A stretch of DNA of 64,000 nt, taken from Vitrella brassicaformis CCMP3155. Lineage: Eukaryota; Protista; Chromerida. Location of the stretch: the NCBI GenBank assembly GCA_001179505.1, contig CDMY01000253.1, positions 83,966-147,965 of the forward strand, written 5' to 3'. Under the pieces are notes generated by a model, which was given only the letters and a program-made list of their open reading frames with translations, was not told the origin of the DNA and made no database searches. Made by a program: the position numbers and the translations under genes. Below are positions 23,401 to 36,428 of this stretch, piece by piece; the stretch's first letter is position 1, and every line of letters begins with the position of its first letter.

Positions 23401-26400
23401 AGATCAGGCCGCGGGCCAAAAAGCGCGCTCTCCTCCATGTCCATCTGCAGCAATGTCAGCCCTTTCTTCTCATTCTCCAGCTCTTCATTGACCATAGCTT
23501 CGAGCTGCTTGCCCTCTTTGCTCTTGGCGTCCACCTCCTTCCTGACCGTCTCGTTAGCCTCTTTCCTGACATCGGGGGATTTTGCCTTGAAGGCTTCCGG
23601 AGGCTCGGTGAACTTGGAGGCGGTCTTGTTCTCCCTGGCGCTTCTCACGGCGCTGAACTCCGTGTATGGGTAGCAGATGTCCTGCTTGTTGAGCGCACCC
23701 AGATTGTGTCGATAGGCGATGCACAGATCTCGAAGGGCCTCAGTGATGGGAGGGCACACCTCTGGAAGGGAGAGGAAAAAGGCGAAACATACATGTGGAT
23801 GACAATATGAGATAGATGCATGAGTGCTCGCTCGTTTACTCTGGCATGTGATGGTTGCGGTTGTCCATGTGCCATCCCTGCAGGTGACGATGCTGAATTT
23901 CTCCTGGGTCAGCTTATCCAGCTCCACCCCGTCGTTCTCCACAGCCCAGTAACCCATTCGATGGCCTTTCATCTTACCCCCACGAGGCCTGTACCGACAA
24001 ACGAACGAGGCAAAGCTAGCTAGCGTCAACAACTTTCCTCCTGCGCATCTATGTCACTCACCCACCTTTCGGGATCGCATGAGACCCTTCTGGTGATGCC
24101 ATGCGGAAGTGTGGGCTCTAGGAGTCCTGCTGCGACCCCCACATGTTGGGGAATGTGGGGCCGAAGCACGTAGCCCCGAGCTGCAGCCATCGGGAATTCA
24201 GCGCACCGACCTGCCAGACAAAAAGACAGACGGCCGATCCTGAAGGTGGTTTGCTTGGCGTGTCGTGTGTGGGTTTCTCTGCATATATTACGGAAACATC
24301 TCAGCTGCCTTCCAGTCCAGTGTCCATCGTCACACGCAACGATGTCGACAGGGTCGATCTTGTTCCAGTTGAGCTCTAAGTTGTCTACCTCCTCGCCGAT
24401 CCACGGCCGAGTGTACTCCTCTGCGTCACCCGACATGCGCTGAAGGTCCTGCATACAAAGACACCCACAGCACGAAGGGAGTGATGCGCATGTGCGCAGG
24501 CCGTGCGTGAGTGAGTCTGCTTGACATACCGCGGAGTGTGTCTTCATGCATTTGATCCTCCGTTGGCTGGCGTGGTAGACGGTCTCGTCGGGGCTGTACG
24601 TCTCCTTGTCCAGCAGCTCGTACCCCCGATCCTCCGTCATGTTGAGTGCCACACGCGCGTCGGCACTGCACACCCCTGGTGGTGAGACAGACACACGAAA
24701 TCGACGGTTGTGCCTCTGAACGTCTGGTTTGTCTGTGTGCAGCCTCAATTATGACGTTTGCAGTTGAGTGGCATGAGGTTGGTCTTTGCGATGGATGGGA
24801 TGGTCCAGTTGCCGTCGTAGCAGGTGAAGGTCATGTATGCCGAGGGGTTGCCGTCGTGGAAGTACATGCGGTCGGTGCTTCACTGGATCTCCACACGCGC
24901 ATTGTGGATCGCTGGCACCTCCCACTTGTGGATCTTCAACTCGTGCACAGCTGTAGGAGAGAGAGACATGATATGGGAACGCCCTCCCGTTATTGTCTTC
25001 TCCTACGTGTTGGTTTGTACGGCTGTCCAGGTGAGGATGCCGTGCAGTGAGTGTGGTTGTCGTTGGTCAGGTACCTCATTGCGAATCCCTCTTTTGTGAA
25101 CTTTCCCTCGTCCTTCTTGCTGATCGGCGTCCGGCAGTCCACCTTGTGGTCGGGGTAGTTCCAGCTGCACAGGAGGTCCTCCACCTCAGGGCCCGTCTCT
25201 GCTTTCTCCTCGTCGCTCTCCACCGTACCCGTAGCGTTAGCCATAGTCTTGTTACCCTCAACCACACGTTGAGGGGCACAACGTGCTTTCGGCGTCGTGC
25301 TGTCCCGGTCTATGATTGTAGAGGTGCACTTGGTGGTGTTCCAGATGGCTTTCAAGGGCACCGATGAAGCAGATGTGGGCGCCGATGATGGTGTGGGTGC
25401 CGTAGTCGACGTCTCATTGGCATGCGTCGTCGCGTTTGGAGCAGCCGTGGTGGTGGCGGTGGAAGGAGAGGGCAGATTCGACGGAGGCAGAGTGGGCAGA
25501 GTGGGCTGTGCCTCAGCGGACCTTTCTTGCAGCAGCGCTGTAGCATTGTCCGTCGCGTTGGTGGCGTTCGCAGCGGCTGTCTCGTTAACTTCAGGCAGCT
25601 CCTCCATCAGGTCGAATGTGCAGCTGACATTGTGGTCGCTGTCGGTAAAATTGCAGACTTCAGTACGGCTCTCCACGTCTCGCTGGCACGATGGGCGGAC
25701 AGTGGCGTTGCGCCAAAACAGTGACTTCTCGGTGCTATTGAAGAGGATCGACTCACGATCAGCTTTGGACAGGACGCCCTCGCCTTCTGCAGGGGCGGGC
25801 TCACACAGATCAGATAACTACGACGTCGGTGTTGTTGTTTGTGGTCGCTCACCTTTCTCTTTCTCCTTGGTTTCTTCTCCTGCCTTGTATGCCTTAGCCC
25901 CCTCTCCGATGATGCCCGGTCCCGCCGCAGGGCCCTCCTCTGCCTCGCGCTCCAAAGGCGGGGGAGTGGGCAGGGGAGGCTCGATGTCTACCCAACACAC
26001 ATATACAGGCAGGACTCATGCGTGCATGAGGTGTCAGTCAGTCGGTGGTCACCTTGTTTGTCAAACCATAGATACCGCTCAAAGTCCATGGGAATCGCCG
26101 TGTCGGCACGCGGACAATTCTCTGGTAGAGACACACAACACGCAATCGGAATGAAGTCAGTGTCTCCAGGCAGGCGAGTATCTCCCTTGCAATGCTCGCT
26201 TACGATAGCAGGCGAGGTCGAGCGCCTGCCACTGGCCGTTCTCGCAGTACAGTGTCGTCTTGTGTATCTGCACGCCCAGCCCAGGGCTGTACCCCTCGGC
26301 ACATGTCAGTTCCCTCTTGTCGCCGTGGTTCTGGCCCTCCCCACTGATGTTATACGCCACGACTGGCTGGGGAAGAGGGAACTCGCCGCAATCAGCTGCA

Positions 26401-29400
26401 CACGAATAACGCACTAGCTAATATTCTTGTCTTGGTTGTAGTGTTTTCACAGTGCTTGTCTTGATTGATACCTTTGCAATCGAGGACAGTTTGTGTCCAG
26501 ATACCATCGTTCCATTTGATGACATCCTTGCCGTGTTTGGGGCCTGATGCACTCGTGTAGCCCTCTTTGCAGGCAACGTAGACCAATGTGTCGGGAGGGT
26601 TGGACGCCCCGGGGGGGAAGCCGCTTTTGAGAAGGAATACATACCGCAACGGGTCCAGCGGCACAGCACCGCACTCCCCTGCACACACACACACACCCAT
26701 AGACAGAGACACCACATGGACATCCACATGTCTCCGTTGCTGCCAGACGTACGTCGACAGGAGAGGTTGACGGCAGTGAAGTTGCCCTGTTCGCAGTAGA
26801 TGGTTGCAGGCGAGCTGGTACCAAGTGTGGGGTGTGTGGGCAGTCCCGGGCCATCAACTCCCGGCGGGGCCTTGTTGGCCACGCCGCACATGACGGACGT
26901 GCAGCCACCGGACGGGAACTGTGTCACAGAGGTCAGGGGGTCCGACTTGGCAATGACGTAGTAGCCGCCGGTTGATGCCACCCAGTCTTTGAGCTGGTTA
27001 ACATCACACGTCTTCTCACAGCCGAGAGTGACGTCCGTGAATGTGCTGTTGATGCACAGGATCCTCTGTCTCCCCTGCCTGAGCTCTTCGGGCAGCTGGG
27101 CCTGCAGCAGCTTCAACCTTCTGGCCTGCTCCTCGTTTTCCACCAGGTCGAGGGCACACATGTGGCGGATGGCTGCGTCGCTGGTGCACAGCGCCATAAG
27201 CTCAGTGCCGTGTGGGAAGGTGGGGCTGAGTTGCTTCTGCCATGATGAGGGGAAGCCGACGCCCTCGTGCAGCGCAGGAGGGATGACGTCCTCGGGGTTC
27301 TCAGCAGATGAGGCGTCGAGGAGCTTCTGGGCCCACACATTTGGAGGCAGCTTCTGAAGGAGGGACTCCTTTGTGCACTCCTCTGCAGCAAAAGAGAGCC
27401 ATACACTTGTGCCGATGGACCAACAGCAAGGCGAGAAAATATCGTCAGTATCGTCTCTGTGTCACTGACTTGCGCATCGTAGCCAGATTTTGGACCAAGA
27501 CCCATTGATGCATTTGATGGTGGTGAAGTCTGTCTCCAGGCCCGTTGCGGGGTGCCACGACTCGCCCGCCACATCAGACGACCGACACTTGAGCTTCACC
27601 TCCGTCTTGTGCCGGGGATAGGCATTCCAGTCAACGAAGCCACCCTCCAGCAGATAGTCCGATGTGCCGTTTGTGATGTACTGCGATGCTGTCTCGGGGT
27701 CGGCCGGCTCGTATTGGTAGGCGATGGGACACATCATGGCCTTGCTCTTCGAGGGAGGGGTGCCGTCAGGCTTCGGCAGGAAGTAAAGCAGGGGACAGGC
27801 ACCTGCAGACCGATAAGAGAGGGAGCTGGCATGGAGACCTCACACACTTTCCGTTTGTTCCTCTCAATGTGTGGTGCTTACGTCTGCAGACGAGTGCGAG
27901 GAAGGACCATGCTCCCTCCTCACACGACACGGTTGTGTTTGCCTGGCCGACCACCGGGTAGAACCCCTGGTGGCTGGCACACCGCACGTCGCGGACTACC
28001 CCTGACTTGATGAGCCCCGCGGTGGTTGGCAAGGGGAATGGCGGGTAGGGATGGGTCGCAGACACCACATAACCCGGCTTGCTCCGATACTCGGCGGGGC
28101 ACGGGCCTGTCATTACACAAGGAAGCGATGATACGAAGGCAATAGATGCGATGCCCTTCCTTCTCGCAAGTACGTATGTACGTTTGCAGCGGACTGTTTG
28201 CTCGGTGTAGAATCCGTCGAGGCATCGGACGATCTCCCAGTCGACAGTGGAATGGAAGTCAGGCGTGCGGCCCGGGGAGCACGTGACATTGACCTCAGCC
28301 CCGTGATGCCAGGGCACCTCCCCGCCGCTCGGCAGATGGGGAAAGCTGACCGTGTAATCGGGACTGAAGTGCGGCGGACCAGCACAGTTCCCTGGCGGCC
28401 GACACAGAGCTCCATGTGTACGGATGTCGTATGCGTCGTGTCTCTCTCTCGCATGAGTTGCGTACTCATGCAGATGAGCATGAGAGCTGTCCATTCGCCG
28501 TGCTCGCACTTGACGCGGTCGGGGCTTGACCCCTAGGATGGAAAGAAGCCCTTCTGGCAGGTCACCTCATACTCGGCACCAAACGACCGATCGCGGAAGG
28601 CCTGGCCGCCGGTGCCTCCCTTGACCATCTCCGCTTTGTACCTCTCAATGGACAGCATGGGGAAGGGATCGCAGTGCTCTACACACCAGATAGCAAAGAT
28701 GTAGATGGAGACACGAAGGCAGTGTTCTTCCATGCCTGTCTGTTGCTTGTCTCACTTGAGAACTCGAGCGTCCTCCCTCCCCACAAGCCATCCAGGCAGA
28801 CAATCTCCTCGTGGTTCTCCTCGCCTTTGGGTGACGACACCAGGGGGTCACATGATATCTCTCTTGACGACCCGTGCTCTCGGCTGCCCTCGGTGGGATA
28901 CGAGCGCACTATGTACAAAGAGGAGAGGGAAGGGAATGGCGGACAGCTGGCCGCACAGTCCAAGGTGCGGTGTGCAAAACCCAAACTGGCACTTGAGGAT
29001 CTCCTCCGATGCGAGCGGTCCGATGCTGCTCGCATTGATGGCTCGAGGGGTGCTGCCCTCAGCACACTGGATCCTCACCTGTGAGTTGTGGTAGACAAAG
29101 TCAGGCACACCTCGCCATTTGGCTGCAGGATTCGGCCCCTTGGCGTCGGGCAAAGGTGGCGGATTGCGGAGCTCCTGCGGCGTGGGCGTGATGCTTGTGT
29201 GCCCGATGTTTGAGGCGTATGTCCACTCTTCGCTGTAGCGGGGATCGCGGCCGACCTTTTGAAGGGCATCAGTCGGGCAGGATGCCGCACACTCCAGTGT
29301 GACCATATCCCACTGTATATTGGGGTCGAAGGAGCTCTCGCCCAGGCAGGTGATGTTGATCCTCTCTTGTTCGACTGCCAGGGGGTTGATTACGTCAAGA

Positions 29401-32400
29401 CGTGAGCTGCGGTAGCCACGACCGGTGTCACAGCTGAAAGGACAAAAGCATACCACGCAAAGTGCAGATGTGGTGGCCAGCTTCTCTGCTATCGTACCCG
29501 ACGGACACGACGGTCATGGGTTTGAAGCTCATAGGGTAGGTGCCGGGCTGATCGGGCTTTAGCAGAGTTGGCGACCGAAGGGTGTAGTTGGCCTTCCGGA
29601 GAGACACCAGATAGTCACGGCCACACCCGCCTGCAAATCCACCCACCAGCCACACAGCATCCAATGCCGCTTGGTTCCCACATGTATGTCTCTGCATTCT
29701 GTGTGCTGTCTGTGTACGTTTGCATTCGAGTGTGCGTGGGCTCCAGTGTCCGTCGAGGCAGACGAGGTCCTCTGTGGCCTGGCCGGTCATCGGCTGGAAG
29801 CCGTTGTCGGTGTCGCATGCAATGCTCCTGATGGCGCCATGGTTGTTGTTCTCCGTGTCACCCACGAAATGCATGCCCTCGCGGGGCAGCGCGGGGCTCT
29901 CCAAACACTTGGCTGAATGGACACATCGAAAGACAAAGGAGGCAGCTTTGCACAAATGACAAGGTGCGGCGATGTGTTTGCTTACATCTGCACGTGAGAC
30001 GGGGCGTCTGGTACTGGCCATATTCGCATCTCACTGTCTCACGTGTCACATTAGGCGTCACTGAGTTGTGCGTCTCGTCGCACTCGACTGTCGAGCTGTC
30101 CCCGTGTTTGTTGCCTGTATACGTCACCTTATATCCGAGGGTCTTGGCCAAGGGGAACTCATCGAAACCAGGACAGTGATCTATAGTACACAGAACCATC
30201 CATAAAGCTAGCTAATGTCATATGACGGCCATTCTTCTCTCTTCTTTCCTCACAAATGCACTTGAGGTGGAGCTCTGGCGTCCAGTGTCCAGCGAGGCAC
30301 CATATGAGCTGTGTCGATGCGAGGCAGTCCACGCCCTCCTTGCGACACGCCGGCACGGCCTCCTTAGGGTTGCATCCCACTTCCAGCCAGTCTCTCTGGC
30401 TGACGAGGTCGGCCAGCCGGCCGCTGCCATGAGGGTTGCGGGACGTCCGCAGAATCAGGTAGGGGGGAGGGGGAGCGTCGTATTGGCTGCACGGAGCTGC
30501 AGCGCAGCCATCTAAGAAGAGACACATTTCTCGTACGTCCCTTGCCTTGCCTTCATGCGCCTCGTTATCACTCACATTCGCAGACGATCGTCCGTGGCGT
30601 CCACTGGCCGTGCAGACAGTACACGACGGAGTAGGACGCGCCTCCAGCCGGTGCATGTGGCTCCACACATGTGATGTTGCGGTAGGTCATGTGCTGGAGG
30701 GACTCGGGCGAGTTGGGGTACACGCCGGGCGGCAGCTTGACCATATACATCATCTGACCCAGGTCGGGATACTCCTGGCAGTACGCTGACACACGAGAAG
30801 AGACCAAGGCAAATCTTTGTGTATGGTCGTGTGTGTGTCTGTAGCAAGCTACTGCACCTTCGCAGTGGAACCCCGGGATTGTGTATTGGCCATCGATGCA
30901 CTTGACAGTCCTTTCCACCCGCGGGATGCTGATTGTGACCTCAGCCCCGCCCTTGCAGTGGACCTTGACGATCGTGCCGTGGGTCTTCTCATTCACCTCT
31001 GGACCGCCGACCCAGTAGGACAGATTCTGACGAATCACCTCCTCTCGATAAGGGCGAGCACAGTCCTCTGAAGAGAGAGGAAGGAGTCACAGCCAACTCT
31101 TTATGCTCTATCCATTCGTCCGTTGGTGATTTTCCCCGTCTCACTTTTGCAGACGGTCTCTGGTGGCGTCCACTGCCCGTCGGGCTCGCAGTAGACAATC
31201 TCCTTCTTGCGGTAACGTCGCGTCGATGAGTAGCCCGGCATGCACATCAACACGCGGTAGTCGCCCGCCGTTCGCCCCTCTGTGCCTGCCGCGTAGTCAG
31301 CAGTGACATGCTTGTCGTGGAACTGATACTTCTCCATGTACTCTCCCCACGGCGGACACAACTCTGGACAGCGCATAGAGGAAAAAAGTGAGAAGGGGCA
31401 GAGAAGAGGAGCAGGAATATCATGTCTCACTTCTGCAGTTGCATGCGCAGTTGGTCTCGGCTTCGGTCTTGTCGACCCCATCGCACTCCTCGCCCGGCTC
31501 GACTATCCCGTTGCCGCAGATGGCGGTGCGGCCTGTGTGGTTGGGGGAATAAAGACATGAAGGGCAGTCCAATGTAACATCAACAGCTATTCTATGCCCA
31601 CCCAGGATGTAGTTGAGATCGTTGACTGCCAACGGCACTTCCGTCTTTGGATCAAACGATCGAAAGCGGATAGTCACAAGCCGCACGTCGCCTGCACACA
31701 CAATGCAATACACCTTTGAAAGCGTGCCTCTGTGCGTGTTGCTCACTGACCATGCAAACAGTTGAAGTCGTCTGCGTCGCATCCAATTGTGAATTTCTCC
31801 GTCTGATTGAGACTCGCAGTCGTGTCTTTGAGCACCAACAGACGGCCTCCTTGCGGTGTCAACTCCTGAAGCTCGCGGAATATGTGGACCTGAGAGACAT
31901 GTATCGAACCAAGATCATCATCGCATTCGCTTCCCCAGCGTGTATAGATCTCCTCACATTGTAGTTGCCTTCCGGTGTTGGAATGATTTGAAAGGTATAG
32001 AGCTGCGGGCGGCCCCAGCATGCACTCACCATGACTTCCTGCCGCTCTATCTTGACTGTCGCCCCTCCGCTGCCCCGCCTCATCCACCGCCGCTCCCTGT
32101 TCTCGCCCTCCTGCACCAGCACCACTCGACCAGTGTCGCGTGAAGGGCCGTCGCTGACACCACTGGCTGCCTTGCGCCTTCTTAGTGTGGAATTCGTTAA
32201 CTTCCAAAAGAGCGCTTCGAGCCTGAGTCTCAGGGGCCTCTGGCTCACTGGGTGGCAATGGATTGGCCTCCACCTGCACGCCAATCTTCATTTTGCCGAT
32301 GGCCCTGAGCGGCCAGGGCTCGATCACTATCTGGAACCGGCTGTCTGTCCCGCTGTCGAAGAGCACTGTGCGACGTGTGGTTGTCTCGCCATCCACGTCG

Positions 32401-33282
32401 ACATAGATGAAGAAGCTCCAGCCGGGCGCTAAGGCAGCCATAGGGTTCATGGCCGGGGGCGGCATTATGGACAGACACGACACATTGGACCGCAGCAGCG
32501 GTCCCTCGACGCCACGATCACCACCAGACAATCGAACACCGAAGCTGCAAAGCGAAGGGCAGAGGTAAGAAGCACAAAGATGGGGTCGTTGATCAGGTGA
32601 TTCCCCTACTCACCCTTCCAGCAGTTGTGGCGCGTCGCCCCCGTCCGGGGCGAAGGCCACTGGAAGGGTCTTGGGCGAGATGGCATCCTTCTAGCGCTTC
32701 AAGTCCTTGGTTGCGTCGACCACCTGGACGAACTCGCGAAGTCCGATGAGGGTCACGCCCTGTGCATACATGCGTTCGCACGCCTCTGATGCCTTAGTGT
32801 CGCTGGCATCTGGGCCGACACCTACAGATTCGACAGATCCAACGGAGAGGTTTGTGTTGTGTCCGTGTCATTTCATCTTTGTGAAGCTTCTCACCAATGC
32901 GCTGTGCCCCCTTCCCTAGAGTGCCACTCTGCAGCTTTTGCAGCATGGCAAGATCCACTCGAGGAGCGAATGCATCAGATGACGACTGCAACACTCTCCG
33001 CGAGCGGTCAAATGCACTCTCTGCAGTAACTGTCTCCTCCAGCTGGCCATAAGACAGTGGGGCGGAGACGGGGGATTCCTGGCCCAGCGTGTCTTGGCTG
33101 CCCCGAGAGAAATTCGCGCCAATGACGTCCTCCTGCATATGCAGCATGTCCACAAATGGGTCGTTTTCGCCAGAAGGCAATGTGCGCAGCACAGGGGAGG
33201 CGGGAGGCGCCATTCGGGTGGCTGACGACCACTCCACAGCAGCGACAAAGAATACCGAGAGGAAAACGGCCATTGGCGCCAT
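20460..33282 (-). pseudogene. Giant secreted LamG-like + CGNG/EECD + about 20 sushi (CCP/SCR) module protein gene carrying disabling lesions
   Basis: Signal peptide MAPMAVFLSVFFVAAVEWSSA, LamG-like segment, CGNGIVEPGEECDG, then repeated four-Cys modules ending C..G.W....C, mostly one per exon with phase-1 introns. In-frame TAG at 32691-32693 and 28533-28535, in-frame TGA at 24880-24882, frameshift near 28964-28975, conserved Cys to Trp (26512-26514) and Cys to Phe (28760-28762). The extent below about 22100 is uncertain. Confidence 0.75.
20599..22131 (-). CDS. Long Ser-rich open frame; probably the C-terminal part of the sushi gene, possibly a separate hypothetical gene
   Basis: 510-codon stop-free frame overlapping the end of the preceding sushi-gene frame (stop at 22112) in a different phase. 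A further downstream frame encodes VAYVMCSAGRWRVPVI, which resembles a CCP module end. Confidence 0.45.
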   Translation of the reverse strand: MVRRDNDSSAPELLPMAQPSPEPHERSVKVWVCQSGRGSQLDIHETYRSEQETPLASLLGLQHLRSFFSSSSSRSNDSSTSRLWSSHCSVEVRPLAAMTESHDTSNSSSSVLLGLGGFGLQDAHQLTAEGAAAVSWEENMLTELEGLRSRFTRMQQMQPSVPGRPRATGDPSLSVHGVLWRPEEASTATLPPTAVFVPSRPVHVPPVLRLSAAMLKEKKTRKEGEVSPYQDFNENAYGADVTVPPPESSLAHAGLNGEAVGHESRSEIRKYGAIDRETDSGTRLTSGRRTRQVSPHSEGLDNEAQRRRDGDYPPVLSLDRRTPLSFFMEQLRWLDVSRGSPAYVLQYPYETQSSSADGKGASSSLELSSAVSLAPGMPTDSAFITLGGSSRQPVGGLVGFVPTKQEVGHGKGGPIMSSPMLAYFRAHPEATIAGLPFGASCDIFKKRVRKSLPRANRYAVWGPGRCDPANCWKGQNPPQILESTGHRGGKKFCQTVYTVRGRGWPLRRAG

Positions 33283-34309
33283 CCTGCAGTGCAGCATCAC
33301 GCGGTACGAAGATGCGCCACTCAAATCAGATGCAAGCTGTGTGTGGGCGGACTTCACAATCGACAGCTTGAGGACAATGACGCAGTAGAGAGTCTATCCT
33401 TGGCTCAGCTGCGGAAGACATCACACACGGAAGAAATGGAATGCGAGCTTGCGGCGAGATTCACGGCGAGAATTCGAATTCTAGCCGTCTCCGAGACAGC
33501 ATTTATCGAACAAAGGGATATTAAACAGTTTCCGAGCCGGCTCTCCTCATTTCCCACTGTTCGCTTCACATCTCCTTCGTTTCTTTTCATTTTTCGGCGG
33601 GAGATTTCGGGCGCCACCCGCCCCAGGCCCACGCAGCCCCCCCTGCTTGCCGTTTGCGAAGAGGACGAGTCCGCCAGACCGCCCCTGACCCGCCCGCCCG
33701 TCAGACACTGACATCAGCCTGAGCCTCCTTTCTCCCTGGGTGAGTGGTCGTTGGCTTGTGTGGTCCGCCCATCCGACTTGTCCGAGTATCGTCCGCCCCT
33801 TCATTCCTCTACCGCCGTGCCGCGAGTGCCTCAGCCAGTGGCGCCCTTTCTTCTGCTGAATGGGTGGCGACTGCCTGACATCTTTCTGGCGTCAGCTGAG
33901 TGCGCGGACGCCTGCTTTTTCTCTTCAAACTCAAACATCTTCTCAGGTGAGTCCACGTGTCATATCTCTTTTTTTTGTTGGCTGCGGTGTCGGCATGGTG
34001 TGTGGATGATAGTCGAGGATTACTGCATTTCATTGCTGTGGTCGTCTCATGTGCCCTGTCGGTATGTTTGTGTGCAGATGAAATAATTTTGGGGTTCTTC
34101 CTGATTGCCGCCTCCTTTTCTCGGCGGAGTCCTCCAAAGGTGAGTGAAGTATTCAGTGAATCAGGGGTTCAGTGTACGCTAACGAAACAGTATTGACTCT
34201 GTTTTTGCCTTTGCTGCAGCACAGACAACTCTTTTCGACTACAGGAGAAGAAACAAAAAGCCGGTGAGCGGAAGAAACGAACGAGGAAAGTTGAGCACAT
34301 TCTGTGTGT

Positions 34310-35470
34310 AGCGCCACGGCAACACATACAGCAACAACCCCCCCCACCGACGGCGTTCTCCTTCTCCCCTCCTTAATTCGCCCTTTATGATACATCAAAA
34401 TCATCAATCCAGCTAATTCCCCCGCTCCTCCACACACAGGCAGACAAACGCATCGCATCGCATCGCATAAATGCAAAATAAATGGAGAATGTATAGTAGA
34501 GACCCACAGCATATGTGTGTCTATGCGCGTACGTATGTGTATGTGTCTGTGTCTGTGTGTATGTGTGTATGTGTATGTTTGTGTGTAGCCGGCTGGCTAG
34601 CTAGCTCTTGTTAGTTTGCTGTTCGTGAGGGTCTTGTTTGTCGTTCGTTGCTTGCGGCTTCCCTTGTTCGTTCGTTCGTGGTATGGCGGATGGCTTATCC
34701 AACACACAGGTACGCACGTAAAGACAGAGAGACAGACAGGAGGGACAGGAGAGAGAGGGTGGGGTTTGTTACATCTCATATGTCTTCCACTCTTTGTGTG
34801 TCTGTCTGTCTGTCTCTCTGTCTCTGCTTGTAGATGCAGGCGCCCAAGCTTGCCTTCTCCTCCTTCTCCTTCTTCTCGTCTCTCGATCGACGCCCATCGC
34901 CTCCCTCATCGCCTTATCGCCTCATCGCCTCATCGCCCGCCTCATGGCCTTCTACGCTTCAAAGAAATGGTAACGAAACCCGGCCCCGACTTGTGGACGC
35001 GCATCGACGCCACGGCAACACATACAGCAACAAACCCCCCCACCGACGGCGTTCTCCTTCTCCCCTCCTTAATTCGCCCTTTATTATATATCAAAATCAT
35101 CAATCCAGTTAAGTCCTCCGCTCCTCCGCAGACACACACACGCATACAAAATGAACGGAGAACATACTATTTAGAGACCGCCAGCCTTGTGTATGTATGT
35201 ATGTATGTGTGTGTTTGTGTAGCTAGCTAGCTCTTGTTCCTTTGTAGGGCCTTTGTCCTTTGTTGCGGCCGTATAGACAGACAAGCTTTGTTCCTGGCTT
35301 TGTTCGGTGGCATTTGTGTGACAAGATTATTACCTTCAGCGCAGGTACGAACGTAAAGACAGACAGAAGAGAAAGGATTACACACATGTTCAATTCTGCT
35401 CCTCATATCTCTTCCACTTTTCTTTGTGTGTCTGTCTCTGCTTGTCTGTCTGTCTGTCTGTCTGCCTGCT
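34310..35470 (+). repeat. Imperfect tandem duplication, unit about 0.63-0.7 kb
   Basis: AACACATACAGCAACAA..CACCGACGGCGTTCTCCTTCTCCCCTCCTTAATTCGCCC..TCAAAATCATCAATCCAG at about 34321 and 35018. CTAGCTAGCTCTTGTT at about 34598 and 35223. CAGGTACG.ACGTAAAGACAG at about 34707 and 35342. Confidence 0.85.
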
Positions 35471-35967
35471 CGTGAATCTCCTTCAGATGCGGGCAGGCCG
35501 CTTTGTATGGACCAGCATCATGATGGCGCCAAGTGAGCTGCTCGCCACCAGGACCATCTCTCAGGTACGTACATGTGCTGGGCACACAGGATCATGATGG
35601 AAGGATTGCTGCTTTGACTTGACATCAGACTTGACCGACCTTTGCCAGTGCGCACACCTCGTACATTCGTTGACGCTAAGGGAAGGGAATAAGAGACACA
35701 TGAGAGAACTGATGGCATATCTCTCTGCTTTCTTCCTGTCCGTGTTGTGTATTTGTTGGAGCTCAACGAGGGCAAACGAAACTCTTCCGGTCCAGAAGAA
35801 ATGCTGTGGACGTGAGAAGACACTGCACACACAAAGACATGAGAAATGAATGTCATCAATGTCTTCACCAGGTTCGCAGAAATCGGTGGCGGAGACGGAA
35901 AAGCAGCTGGACCTTGACGCAATGAAGAAGCCGTGTGTGGGTGAGAGAAGAACTCGTTCATTGACGT

Positions 35968-36395
35968 GTGGCGAGACAGGGACATGGCGACCATGATGAC
36001 GGTGCGGCCGCGGCGTCATCATCAGCCCCAGCAGCTGCCGCCGGTGGTGGTGCGGGTGCCTGTGGGCACGACAAGCCTGCTGCCGGTGGGTCTGGCCAGA
36101 CGAAGGTCAACAAGGCTCAGAAGGAGAAGGAAGAGCAGGAGCAACGATTCTGCAGGTGGGTGAGAGGGAGAGTGTGGGTTGATTGAAGGGGGAGTGCATC
36201 CAGGTGTGGTGTGCAGAGTTTGCTTCGGTCCTGGAGGGGACAGCCTGAACGAAATCAAGGAATGCCAGAGGTGTTCTGTAGCTGTTCACAAGAAGCAGGT
36301 GAGTGAGGGCGGGAGGGATGGGAGGTAGAAACTAAGGCACCGACAGGCAGACATGGGGAATGGATGAATGTCACCATGCCCGTCTCTCCCTCTCC

Positions 36396-36428
<33 letters not shown>

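Noticed and set aside
24880-24882. Selenocysteine codon at a conserved Cys
   Set aside because: It sits in a structural disulfide position, downstream of two TAGs and a frameshift. A TGC-to-TGA point mutation is simpler, and I identified no SECIS.
24880-32693. Genome-wide stop-codon reassignment (TAG/TGA as sense)
   Set aside because: Intact genes here end in TAG (aldolase, prepropeptide), TGA (sulfotransferase, VTI1, DTD1) and TAA (PPR), and none showed internal stops where checked. The stops are confined to one gene that also has a frameshift and Cys losses.
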